The position numbers were made by a program, and so were the translations under genes. Below the pieces are notes generated by a model. That model was not told the DNA's origin and did no database searches. It saw only the letters and a program-made list of their open reading frames with translations. Of a DNA stretch of 19,742 nucleotides, positions 1 to 7,575 are shown in pieces. Location of the stretch: the IMG/VR virus record IMGVR_UViG_2534681835_000041; one strand, written 5' to 3'. The stretch is from a virus (Duplodnaviria > Heunggongvirae > Uroviricota > Caudoviricetes). The stretch's first letter is position 1. Every line of letters begins with the position of its first letter.

Positions 1-324
1 GTGTATATTAATGAAAATAATGAGAGCTACCTGAAAGCTCAGTTTGAAAAATTATCTCAACGTGATATGAAGAAGTACCTGGGAGAGATGAAGCGTCTGG
101 CTGATGGGGGAGAAATGAATTTTGATGGCTATCTGGATAAGATGTCACATCTGGTGAATGAAGGAACGCTCGATCCTGATATTTTAAGCAAAATGCGAGA
201 TGCTGCACCACAATTAATTAGCTTCGCGAAGTCGTTTGACCCAACCTCAAAGGAAGAGATTAAAATACTTACAGACACTTCTAAATTAATTTATGATTTG
301 TTCGGGGTTAAATCGGAGAAATAA
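1..324 (+). CDS. hypothetical protein, C-terminal 107 codons only (5' end lies outside the window)
   Basis: Open frame from position 1 to TAA at 322-324; followed by a hairpin plus T-run terminator. No recognisable motif. Confidence 0.4.
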   Translation: MYINENNESYLKAQFEKLSQRDMKKYLGEMKRLADGGEMNFDGYLDKMSHLVNEGTLDPDILSKMRDAAPQLISFAKSFDPTSKEEIKILTDTSKLIYDLFGVKSEK

Positions 325-365
325 TATGTGAAGTTCTTCGATAGTATGGAAGGCATTATATAAAA

Positions 366-393
366 GGACCCAATATTTATTGGGTTCTTTTTT
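366..393 (+). terminator. rho-independent terminator after the partial ORF
   Basis: Stem ggacccaat / attgggttc (one G-U pair), 4-nt loop, followed by TTTTTT at 388-393. Confidence 0.55.
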
Positions 394-876
394 CTCTATC
401 AATGCTATTAGCAGGGAGATATATCACCAGAGTTTAATGTGTGATTTTTTATTTATCGTCGAACCTGGATTGTTTATCATTGGCCTTAACAAAGTTAACG
501 GCTAATAAGATTATTTCCATCACTTCGTGAGAGCTTCATGCCTTGAGAGGATCTCAATTTTCTTTTGCAATGAGACAGGCGCTTCCTGTTGTTATGGTAT
601 AGTACCCCGCTATTGAGCCTCCTGAATAGTGATGCTGAATAACATAACCCCATGATATATCGATAAAATAATCTCTACATTTGAAAATGCACGGTAATTC
701 TGAAATGCAAAAAATCAACCAAACCAGCGCAATGCCTGAAAAAACTGACGTTCACTGGAGTGGTCGGTTTAGCGTTGCACCAATGCTCGATAGGATGTAC
801 CGTTTTTGAAAAACAAATAGTTATATACTTTGTGGGAGCCTATTGGGAACCCGGCGTTTTCATTTCAAGGTGTAAT

Positions 877-905
877 CCATACGCGGCTTAAGAATGAGAT
901 ATAAT
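877..905 (+). promoter_or_regulatory. candidate sigma70 promoter for the 178-aa ORF
   Basis: Perfect -10 TATAAT at 900-905 about 30 nt upstream of the ATG at 935; -35 is weak (ccatac). Sequence only. Confidence 0.3.
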
Positions 906-934
906 GCGACTTTTAGTGTTCCGCTTGAGAGGCC

Positions 935-1471
935 ATGATGCTTACCCTGGACGAGATAGGTCAATCAGTACGTAACAATATCCAGTTGATTATTGATCAT
1001 GTCGGCTTACCTCTTGCTGTTGGTCCGCTCAGTGATGATGATTACAAGATTCTGTGTGGTGGCTATGGTGAGCTTGAATGGGACTATGCGTTAAGTACCT
1101 ATGGCAACTCCAGAGAAAAGTATGAGTTCTGCATAAAACTTGTTCAGCAAGGTCGGGTTCAGGGAATACCATCAGGAGCAGCAATTTGTGTTTATGGGGT
1201 TGAAGAAAACATCTTTCGTATCCATATGATCGAAAGGTTTTCTAGAGAAGATGAATCTCACCCATTGAAAGGGCGCATGGTTTTACTCACTCTTATGAGT
1301 GCTTTTATATTTTGTAAAGCTGTTGAATGTAAAGTTGTCCACATTGTAGAGCCAGTACCAGAACTGGTGCAGTATTACGAGTCTTTTGGTTTCCGCATGG
1401 AACAGTGCGGTTATGTGATGTCGGCAGTCATTGATGAGCTGCAGGATATCTTTCTTAAATTTGCTCAGTAG
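935..1471 (+). CDS. hypothetical protein with a GNAT-acetyltransferase-like C-terminal region
   Basis: 178-aa ORF; tandem ATGs at 935 and 938 with gagagg at 927-932. C-terminal stretch 'VLLTLMSAFIFCKAVECKVVHIVEPVPELVQYYESFGFR' resembles the GNAT motif A/B region (Y-x-x-x-G-F), but the canonical R/Q-x-x-G-x-G/A is not clean. Family call is tentative. Confidence 0.5.
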   Translation: MMLTLDEIGQSVRNNIQLIIDHVGLPLAVGPLSDDDYKILCGGYGELEWDYALSTYGNSREKYEFCIKLVQQGRVQGIPSGAAICVYGVEENIFRIHMIERFSREDESHPLKGRMVLLTLMSAFIFCKAVECKVVHIVEPVPELVQYYESFGFRMEQCGYVMSAVIDELQDIFLKFAQ

Positions 1472-1667
1472 GTATAGACGAGAAGGGTCTACAAATTGTA
1501 GGATACCCGTCCAGATTACCTTAAAGGTACATCTATGGCAGTCGTTTTGTGCTTAAACTACTAAGAAACGATGTCACCAATCGACATGATCGATTGGCAT
1601 AAGTTAGCGAAACAAGCTAGCTTTAAAGAAAGGGTTAGAGACGCCTTTACTGTCTCGGGAGTTTTCT

Positions 1668-1841
1668 ATGAAAGATCAAAAAGCAACCAAGCCACAGGTT
1701 AAGTTCGACACAATGAAAGCATTCGCAGGTATGGGTGCTGCTGTTGAAGTTCTGATGAAGGCTGCTCCTAATGCGTTCACTCACGCTACTGTCTCTGGTA
1801 AAGAGCAGCAGGGTAAGCTTCGTCGTCGCAAAGCAGCATGA
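1668..1841 (+). CDS. small hypothetical protein (57 aa, Lys/Ala-rich)
   Basis: ATG at 1668 with GGGAG 8-12 nt upstream, TGA at 1839-1841, immediately followed by a strong terminator. Below the 60-aa cutoff of the supplied ORF track; found by hand translation. Confidence 0.4.
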   Translation: MKDQKATKPQVKFDTMKAFAGMGAAVEVLMKAAPNAFTHATVSGKEQQGKLRRRKAA

Positions 1842-1862
1842 TCATAGCTGGTGCTTTTTGAA

Positions 1863-1886
1863 AACCCGCCTTCAGGCGGGTTTTTT
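1863..1886. terminator. bidirectional rho-independent terminator between convergent genes
   Basis: Stem aacccgcc / ggcgggtt with ttca loop, T-run 1881-1886 on + and an A-run upstream giving a T-run on -. Sits between the + 57-aa ORF (ends 1841) and the - PrtN-like gene (ends 1889). Confidence 0.6.
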
Positions 1887-1888
1887 CT

Positions 1889-2170
1889 TTAGTGATGTTC
1901 TTTGTCCTTCTGTTTGACTGTTCTGACCTGTTCCCACTCGATACGTCCTTCTTCTCGCCTTTTGTCTATGTATTCCGCAAGATCTTGAATATTGATGCAA
2001 CGTTTTGCTTTTTGTGATGTGCCGATGCGATATGTTGGAACGGGCAACTTACAAGCGTTTGCTTTTGCTTCTGCCGTGGCTGGACTCATACCAAAGTACT
2101 TTTGGCTAACTGCTGAGAGTTCAATGTTTGGGGTATTGAATTCAGCCATCAGTAAAAACAAGGTGTTCAT
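1889..2170 (-). CDS. PrtN-family (pyocin activator-like) small regulator
   Basis: Motifs 'NTLFLLMAEF...VSQKYFG...LPVPTYRIG.SQKAKRCINIQDLAEYID' match my recollection of the PrtN family. Start chosen at the ATG at 2170 (GGAG 8 nt upstream); the track ORF extends to a GTG at 2197. Confidence 0.55.
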   Translation of the reverse strand: MNTLFLLMAEFNTPNIELSAVSQKYFGMSPATAEAKANACKLPVPTYRIGTSQKAKRCINIQDLAEYIDKRREEGRIEWEQVRTVKQKDKEHH

Positions 2171-2206
2171 AATTTTCTCCATCAAAACCGGCTGCACCCG
2201 GGAAAA

Positions 2207-2779
2207 TCATAATTCTGTGCTGGTGGCAGGAATTAATTTCTGCCAGATAGCGGAAACATATTTTGCCTGATGACGGGCATCAGCCAGGGCGTTGTGCCGT
2301 TCGCCATCGAAAGGCATGTCCATTTTGGGGTCGAATCCGATGGAACGCCCAAGCGTAACGATCGTGCGTACATCGTGGTCATTCCAGTACGCCCACGGGC
2401 AGATTTGTCCTGCTCGCTCGTAAGCTCCACGTAAAATTACGTTGTCGAAGGTGGCCCCGTTACCCCAGACTTTTAAATATTTCGTATTGTCTGCGTGCCG
2501 GTTAATGAAATGGTTTAGTTCTGAGAGAGCATCGCTGATCGACAAAGTATCATCAATACAGATTGCAGCTCGCGCTTCAGGGCTTTGTTTCAACCACCAC
2601 AGGATGGTATCGCCGTCAGGTGTAGCTCCTTGCTTCATAGCACTGTCTAGGCTGACAACCGCATAGAATTCTTGTCCGATGTCTCCGGTTTCTGGAGTGA
2701 AGAACACCGCGCCAATGGAAACGATCGGTGCATCCTTATTTTTCCCCATCGTCTCAAGGTCGATCATTAAGTTGTTCAT
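2207..2779 (-). CDS. phage 3'-5' exonuclease (DnaQ/DEDD-like)
   Basis: N-terminal 'LMIDLETMG' Exo-I-like motif with later acidic/His motifs ('HNALADA'). ATG at 2779 preceded by GGAGG; its start overlaps the stop of the upstream gene (TGATG). Confidence 0.7.
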   Translation of the reverse strand: MNNLMIDLETMGKNKDAPIVSIGAVFFTPETGDIGQEFYAVVSLDSAMKQGATPDGDTILWWLKQSPEARAAICIDDTLSISDALSELNHFINRHADNTKYLKVWGNGATFDNVILRGAYERAGQICPWAYWNDHDVRTIVTLGRSIGFDPKMDMPFDGERHNALADARHQAKYVSAIWQKLIPATSTEL

Positions 2780-3513
2780 CACTTCACCTCCTGCGGCGGT
2801 TCCGGTAGCGGCATCCAGTGAGTTGCTTGCTCAATACCATTACCCGGCTTAATCGTTGCATCTCCGCGCCGAAAGGTGCTTCCGGTATAGCGTGCGGAGC
2901 ATATTAGCGGTTCAACCAGAGAGCTATCGAAATTCACCGAAATAAGCACGTTCTGGCCCTTTTCAGGCATTCGATCACTACAGCTTATCCAACTATCCGG
3001 AGTTCCCGGAGAGTTGCCATTTACATCGAAGTTTGGCTCTGCGTCCTGAACCAAGAGGATGTAACCATTCTTGGCTGTATCAAGTTCTAACGCTTCGGTG
3101 ACGGTGCCGAAATAGCGATTACCTAAATCAGCATCACAAGTGCTTATATCAATGGAAACTTCCATGCCTTCGATTAATTCTGGCAAGTTGTAAGTTTGGC
3201 TTACAGGTTGGCTACCCTGAAGCATGGCGGCGCGGTGACACCAGATAATCCAGCCAAGCGCCATATCCCATGCCATGTATTCTCTATCGCCATTTTTTGC
3301 CCTACGGCGATCTACAGATTCCCCGAAACGCTTCTCCATAAATAATTCATAGGCTGCTCGTTCATCCGATACTGCTGCCAGTGATGCCAGTGTAATTTTT
3401 AATGCGGTAAGCATGTTGTTTTGATCTTCATCGAGTCCGAACGGTATTTCATCCCGTGCTGACTCAATGCTGGTAATCGTGTTCTGTAACCATTCTTTGG
3501 TAAGAGTATTCAT
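2779..3513 (-). CDS. Ea22-like phage protein with C-terminal DUF551-like domain
   Basis: 244-aa ORF; C-terminus '...ATHWMPLPEPP' is the characteristic DUF551 ending; N-terminus 'MNTLTKEWLQNTITSIE' is shared with the paralog at 3760-4176. ATG at 3513 with AGGTGA upstream. Confidence 0.6.
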   Translation of the reverse strand: MNTLTKEWLQNTITSIESARDEIPFGLDEDQNNMLTALKITLASLAAVSDERAAYELFMEKRFGESVDRRRAKNGDREYMAWDMALGWIIWCHRAAMLQGSQPVSQTYNLPELIEGMEVSIDISTCDADLGNRYFGTVTEALELDTAKNGYILLVQDAEPNFDVNGNSPGTPDSWISCSDRMPEKGQNVLISVNFDSSLVEPLICSARYTGSTFRRGDATIKPGNGIEQATHWMPLPEPPQEVK

Positions 3514-3515
3514 AA

Positions 3516-3707
3516 CTATTTCACCTTAATCTCAACATTTCGCAGCTTTAGCTCTACTGGCAAGTCTGACTTTCCTGTTAATGCTAATGCGAGATTTTCA
3601 GGAGTAATGAGAGCTGTTATTGTTTTCCCCATCGCCAGACGAATAATCATTCGTATCTCGCGATCGTCACATGCTCCCGGTCGAACAATTGATATTTGTC
3701 CGTTCAT
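3516..3707 (-). CDS. hypothetical small phage protein (63 aa from the ATG at 3707)
   Basis: In-frame ATG at 3707 with GGAGA 8-9 nt upstream; the track ORF begins at a TTG at 3728. No motif recognised. Confidence 0.4.
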   Translation of the reverse strand: MNGQISIVRPGACDDREIRMIIRLAMGKTITALITPENLALALTGKSDLPVELKLRNVEIKVK

Positions 3708-3759
3708 CTCACTCTCCTTTGATGCCAATGTTTACAGCCTGACAAGCCTCTTTGAGCAC

Positions 3760-4176
3760 TCAGTCAACAGCGTCTTTCCATGCTCCGGTTTCGACTGGCG
3801 GATTTTCACTCTTAACCTGTTCATAGAAGCGCACCGCTTTAATCAATCCTTCGGGTGTCAGTGGCACAGGCTGGGCCGTGAATAACGCCTGAATTTCATA
3901 GTTCGGCCTGTCGTTGCAATCCTCTTTTGTCGGTACATATTTCCAGTCACCAACCCACGGCTTCTCCTGAAAGTTCGTAACGCCTTTTCTCACGTAGCGA
4001 TATCGCCATGTCACCGGTTCGGCTTCCAGCGATACCAGCGCGACTTTAAATGCGGTAAGTACGTTTTTAACCACATCGATTTTGAATACTATTTCATCAC
4101 ATACAAACGATTTATCGTCTACTACCGTTTCAATTCCGGTAATCGTGTTTTGTAGCCATTTGGTTAATTCAGCCAT
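3760..4176 (-). CDS. hypothetical phage protein, N-terminal paralog of the Ea22-like gene
   Basis: 138-aa ORF; N-terminus 'MAELTKWLQNTITGIE' parallels 'MNTLTKEWLQNTITSIE' of 2779-3513. ATG at 4176. Confidence 0.55.
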   Translation of the reverse strand: MAELTKWLQNTITGIETVVDDKSFVCDEIVFKIDVVKNVLTAFKVALVSLEAEPVTWRYRYVRKGVTNFQEKPWVGDWKYVPTKEDCNDRPNYEIQALFTAQPVPLTPEGLIKAVRFYEQVKSENPPVETGAWKDAVD

Positions 4177-4185
4177 TTTTCATTA

Positions 4186-4201
4186 CCGCCCTTTCGGGCG
4201 G
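4186..4201 (-). promoter_or_regulatory. GAAA-tetraloop hairpin between a Shine-Dalgarno-like GGAGA and the ATG at 4176
   Basis: Minus-strand RNA reads caGGAGAccgcccGAAAgggcggtaatgaaaaATG: a 6-bp GC stem with GAAA loop lies between the only SD-like motif and the start codon. Confidence 0.35.
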
Positions 4202-4322
4202 TCTCCTGATGTTCTGAGGGTGCAGGAATCCCTCCGGTTAAGGATTAAATTTTATTTACAGAACTGAATTTAATTATTCAGATATACGTATCTGTAACCT
4301 TACGAACCTACTCACTGGATGC

Positions 4323-4796
4323 CTATTTCATAAAAATAATCCAGTGGGTTTTATCGTTTTTTCCTGTTCGTTGACCGATAACAGGTTTTCTGTCGGTCAG
4401 TACCAATATCTGGCGAACAGGTATTTGCGTTTCATTCCATTTAAAAATCAGAACGCCGGATGGACGCAACACACGAAAGGCTTCTTTAAATCCCTGCCGC
4501 AAATCATCACGCCAGGTATCTTTATTCAGCCGTCCATATTTCTTTCCCATCCAGGCGTTATCACCAACACGCTCAAGATGCGGAGGGTCGAATATAACCA
4601 TCGAAAAAGATGCGTCTGCAAATGGTAGTGCACGAAAATCAGCTATCAGATCAGGACTGATAATCAGGCGTCGTCCATCACACAATGTGTGCTCTTCCTT
4701 TCTGATATCGCTAAATATCGCCCGGTCGTCATTCTTATCGAACCAGAACATGCGACTGCCACAGCACATGTCGAGGATTGCTGCATGTCCAGTCAC
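4323..4796 (-). CDS. small SAM-dependent methyltransferase-like protein (DPPH motif)
   Basis: Motif I-like 'ILDMCCGSRM', then 'FDPPH' (DPPY-type motif IV position) and 'LRPSGVLIF'. Start set at the GTG at 4796 (AGGAGG 6 nt upstream, GTGA overlap with the upstream stop); the track ORF extends to an ATG at 4829 with no RBS. Confidence 0.5.
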   Translation of the reverse strand: MTGHAAILDMCCGSRMFWFDKNDDRAIFSDIRKEEHTLCDGRRLIISPDLIADFRALPFADASFSMVIFDPPHLERVGDNAWMGKKYGRLNKDTWRDDLRQGFKEAFRVLRPSGVLIFKWNETQIPVRQILVLTDRKPVIGQRTGKNDKTHWIIFMK

Positions 4797-5143
4797 TGGC
4801 TGCCTCCTTTGCGAAGCCGTTCCGCCCATTCTTCAAGGGATTTCTCTGCATATTCACCGGACAGGCCATCAATCGGATGCGATTCATTAGCTAACTCTTC
4901 TTTTGCTGACAGAATCATGCGTGTAACGTCGAAAACTTCAGCCAAAGGCTTATTGATAAATCCGTGATTGAAAGCAGCAGCAAGACGGCTTGCGGTATAG
5001 TTAATACCCTCGTTGCGAGCCTCAGCACGTACTTCATCGAATTTACGCACCAGATACTCAGCATTTGTTTCATTCACTTTCAGATCTCGCGGTACACATT
5101 TCCCGCGAAGAAACCCTTCCATTTCGAAAACATTCATGCGCAT
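4793..5143 (-). CDS. hypothetical phage protein (116 aa)
   Basis: ATG at 5143 overlaps the 3' end of the HD-domain gene; stop overlaps the downstream GTG start. Acidic, helical-looking sequence with no recognised motif. Confidence 0.5.
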   Translation of the reverse strand: MRMNVFEMEGFLRGKCVPRDLKVNETNAEYLVRKFDEVRAEARNEGINYTASRLAAAFNHGFINKPLAEVFDVTRMILSAKEELANESHPIDGLSGEYAEKSLEEWAERLRKGGSQ

Positions 5144-5638
5144 TTGTGTAACTCCGATAACTCGTTAAAACGTTCCATAAACATCCCGTAGGCATGGCTA
5201 GGTGCCAGTGGAATCACGTTGAACATCTCTGTTGCCGGGATGCCTTCCAGTACAGGCCAGAAAGAGCCATCATCAAGCCCGAGATCGCGGCGTTCGGTTG
5301 CCAGCATGATAAGATCGGCATATTTCACGGGCGTACTCATAACTGGGGGTAACCCGTATTTCTCACGGATTACGGCGTCAATTTTTTCTTCCATCCGTTT
5401 ATAGTCAGGAAGAAGGCGTTTCAGTGGAGCGGGGATGTCCTGGCAATACGCTTCTGTTGCATCATGCATTAATGCTTCAAAAGCAAATTCCTGCGGTACC
5501 AGCTGGCTGCAAAGAACCGCATGTTGGGCGACGCTGTAGAAGTGCGAAAGATGACCGGCAAAGCGACAGATATTTGAAAGGGAAACCGCGATATCGTTAA
5601 TATCGATGTCGTCTTTATTTATCCTGTCATAATAAAAA
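5134..5638 (-). pseudogene. HD-domain phosphohydrolase (YfdR-like 5'-nucleotidase type), 5'-truncated at the IS boundary
   Basis: The track ORF starts at an internal Met (5469), but the frame stays open upstream to the IS end at 5639 ('...NICRFAGHLSHFYSVAQHAVL...ALMHDATE...', H and HD motifs). No ATG, GTG or TTG precedes the first His motif before the IS. Confidence 0.6.
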
Positions 5639-5692
5639 TGAACCGCCCCGGAAATCCTGGAGACTAAACTCCCTGAGAAAGAGGTAAACAGG

Positions 5693-6019
5693 ATGACTAA
5701 AAATACTCGTTTTTCCCCCGAAGTCCGTCAGCGGGCGATTCGTATGGTTCTGGAAAGTCAGGATGAATATGACTCACAGTGGGCGGCAATTTGTTCCATT
5801 GCCCCAAAGATTGGCTGTACGCCGGAGACTCTGCGTGTCTGGGTTCGCCAGCATGAGCGGGATACCGGGGGCGGTGATGGTGGGCTCACCAGCGCTGAAC
5901 GTCAGCGTCTGAAAGAGCTGGAACGTGAAAATCGTGAACTGCGCCGCAGTAACGATATCCTTCGCCAGGCTTCCGCTTATTTTGCGAAGGCGGAGTTCGA
6001 CCGCCTCTGGAAAAAATGA
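5693..6019 (+). CDS. IS3-family transposase OrfA (HTH, leucine-zipper)
   Basis: 108 aa '[22 protein letters not shown]...[30 protein letters not shown]'; ends in an A6 tract at 6011-6016 overlapping the orfB start. Confidence 0.9.
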   Translation: MTKNTRFSPEVRQRAIRMVLESQDEYDSQWAAICSIAPKIGCTPETLRVWVRQHERDTGGGDGGLTSAERQRLKELERENRELRRSNDILRQASAYFAKAEFDRLWKK

Positions 6020-6906
6020 TGCCACTGCTGGATAAGCTGCGTGAGCAGTACGGGGTCGGACCGGTATGCAGCGAACTGCATATTGCCCCGTCAACGTATT
6101 ACCATTGTCAGCAACAGCGACATCATCCGGATAAACGCAGTGCCCGTGCGCAGCACGACGACTGGCTGAAGAGAGAGATACAGCGCGTATACGATGAAAA
6201 TCATCAGGTGTACGGTGTGCGTAAAGTCTGGCGTCAGTTGTTACGGGAAGGAATCAGGGTGGCCAGATGTACAGTGGCACGTCTCATGGCGGTTATGGGA
6301 CTTGCCGGTGTTCTCCGGGGTAAAAAGGTCCGTACGACCATCAGCCGGAAAGCCGTTGCCGCAGGCGACCGCGTAAACCGTCAGTTCGTGGCAGAACGAC
6401 CTGACCAGCTGTGGGTGGCTGATTTTACTTACGTCAGCACATGGCAGGGCTTCGTCTATGTGGCGTTTATCATTGATGTGTTTGCCGGATACATCGTGGG
6501 GTGGCGGGTCTCATCGTCTATGGAAACGACATTCGTGCTGGATGCGCTGGAGCAGGCGTTGTGGGCCCGTCGTCCGTCTGGCACCATCCATCACAGCGAT
6601 AAAGGCTCTCAGTATGTGTCACTGGCCTATACGGAGCGACTAAAAGAAGCCGGATTACTGGCATCAACAGGGAGTACAGGCGACTCGTATGACAACGCGA
6701 TGGCTGAGAGCATCAATGGTCTTTACAAAGCGGAGGTAATACACCGTAAGAGCTGGAAAAACCGTGCAGAAGTGGAACTGGCCACACTAACGTGGGTGGA
6801 CTGGTATAACAATCGACGATTGCTGGGAAGGCTGGGCCATACTCCTCCGGCAGAAGCAGAAAAAGCTTATTATGCTTCCATCGGAAACGATGATCTGGCA
6901 GCCTGA
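6016..6906 (+). CDS. IS3-family transposase OrfB (DDE integrase core)
   Basis: 296 aa with the rve-type core ('WVADFTYV', 'HSDKGSQY', '[15 protein letters not shown]'); ATG at 6016 overlaps the orfA stop in the -1 frame. Confidence 0.9.
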   Translation: MMPLLDKLREQYGVGPVCSELHIAPSTYYHCQQQRHHPDKRSARAQHDDWLKREIQRVYDENHQVYGVRKVWRQLLREGIRVARCTVARLMAVMGLAGVLRGKKVRTTISRKAVAAGDRVNRQFVAERPDQLWVADFTYVSTWQGFVYVAFIIDVFAGYIVGWRVSSSMETTFVLDALEQALWARRPSGTIHHSDKGSQYVSLAYTERLKEAGLLASTGSTGDSYDNAMAESINGLYKAEVIHRKSWKNRAEVELATLTWVDWYNNRRLLGRLGHTPPAEAEKAYYASIGNDDLAA

Positions 6907-6948
6907 GTTCACAGATAAAACACTCTCCAGGAAACCCGGGGCGGTTCA

Positions 6949-7354
6949 GTTCTTTGACTGGTTCAAAAGAGTGACTGGTTCTGGGTGAATCTCCTGCACT
7001 ACCCCCTGGTGCAACTCCTGCACTACCTGGTGAATTTGCTGCACCAGATAGTGAATTATTTGCACTACTCCCTGGTGAATCTCCTGCACCATCCAGATGA
7101 AGGAGATAGATATTAATTGAGTTACCTTTTTCACCTTTCCGGGTGACTTTTTTTACCAGCCCGGAATCACAAAGGGCCGCAATATGATTCATCACAGAAC
7201 GTTTGCTAATCTCGCACTGATCAGCAATATGCTGGTAGCTGGGCCAGCACTCACCCTGATCGCTGGCATTATCAGCCAGCTTGATCAGAACCAGTTTTCG
7301 CAATGGATTACCCACTCGAATTTTCATCGCTTTAACCATCAGCTCCATACTCAT
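6949..7354 (-). pseudogene. replication initiator O-like gene (N-terminal HTH domain), 3'-truncated by IS copy 1
   Basis: N-terminus 'LRKLVLIKLADNASDQGECWPSYQHIADQCEISKRSVMNHIAALCDSGLV' resembles the N-terminal DNA-binding region of lambda O and related replisome organisers. The ORF continues through iteron-encoded low-complexity sequence and then reads into the IS. ATG at 7354 overlaps the upstream stop. Confidence 0.5.
6983..7094. repeat. five imperfect ~21-25-bp direct repeats (iteron-like) inside the O-like ORF, next to an AT-rich stretch
   Basis: Units built on gtgaat/gtgcaa..tcctgcac start at 6985, 7009, 7030, 7051 and 7076 (spacing 24/21/21/25 bp); an AT-rich segment follows at about 7100-7140. 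Confidence 0.5.
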
Positions 7355-7575
7355 GCTGCACCTCCGAGATGCTTCATGTTTTTTCCGGAGCGAAAGGCTA
7401 TAAGCGGCATACTGACGCGGTAATTACGGCCCAGCGGTTCACAAATCACCTTCTGGCATTCACGGTCAACCAGGCTAACACGTAGAACATGCCCTGCAGG
7501 CGTGGTGTACCACTGACCCGGACGAGGACAACGGAAAGTTTGATTGGTAAACCGTTTGAAAATATTCCGGATCAT
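7351..7575 (-). CDS. hypothetical small protein (74 aa, Cys-containing)
   Basis: ATG at 7575 overlaps the stop of the Rha-domain gene (ATGA), and its own stop overlaps the O-like ATG (ATGA). No motif recognised. Confidence 0.45.
   Translation of the reverse strand: MIRNIFKRFTNQTFRCPRPGQWYTTPAGHVLRVSLVDRECQKVICEPLGRNYRVSMPLIAFRSGKNMKHLGGAA

Larger units (their letters stand above)
5639..6948 (+). mobile_element. IS3-family insertion sequence, IS629/IS1203-like, 1310 bp, copy 1
   Basis: Terminal inverted repeats begin TGAACCGCCCCGG... and end ...CCGGGGCGGTTCA; carries overlapping orfA/orfB. Flanking triplets are AAA (left) and GTT (right), so there is no target-site duplication. Confidence 0.9.

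Noticed and set aside
6713-6948. C-terminal 80 residues of the track ORF 6713-7354 (-)
   Set aside because: This part is the reverse strand of the IS end and orfB 3' region. The O-like frame merely reads through into the IS, so the real gene is treated as truncated at 6949.
6983-7094. Direct repeats as a possible CRISPR array
   Set aside because: Five imperfect ~22-bp repeats with no unique spacers and no cas genes; they lie inside a replication-gene ORF and fit iterons.
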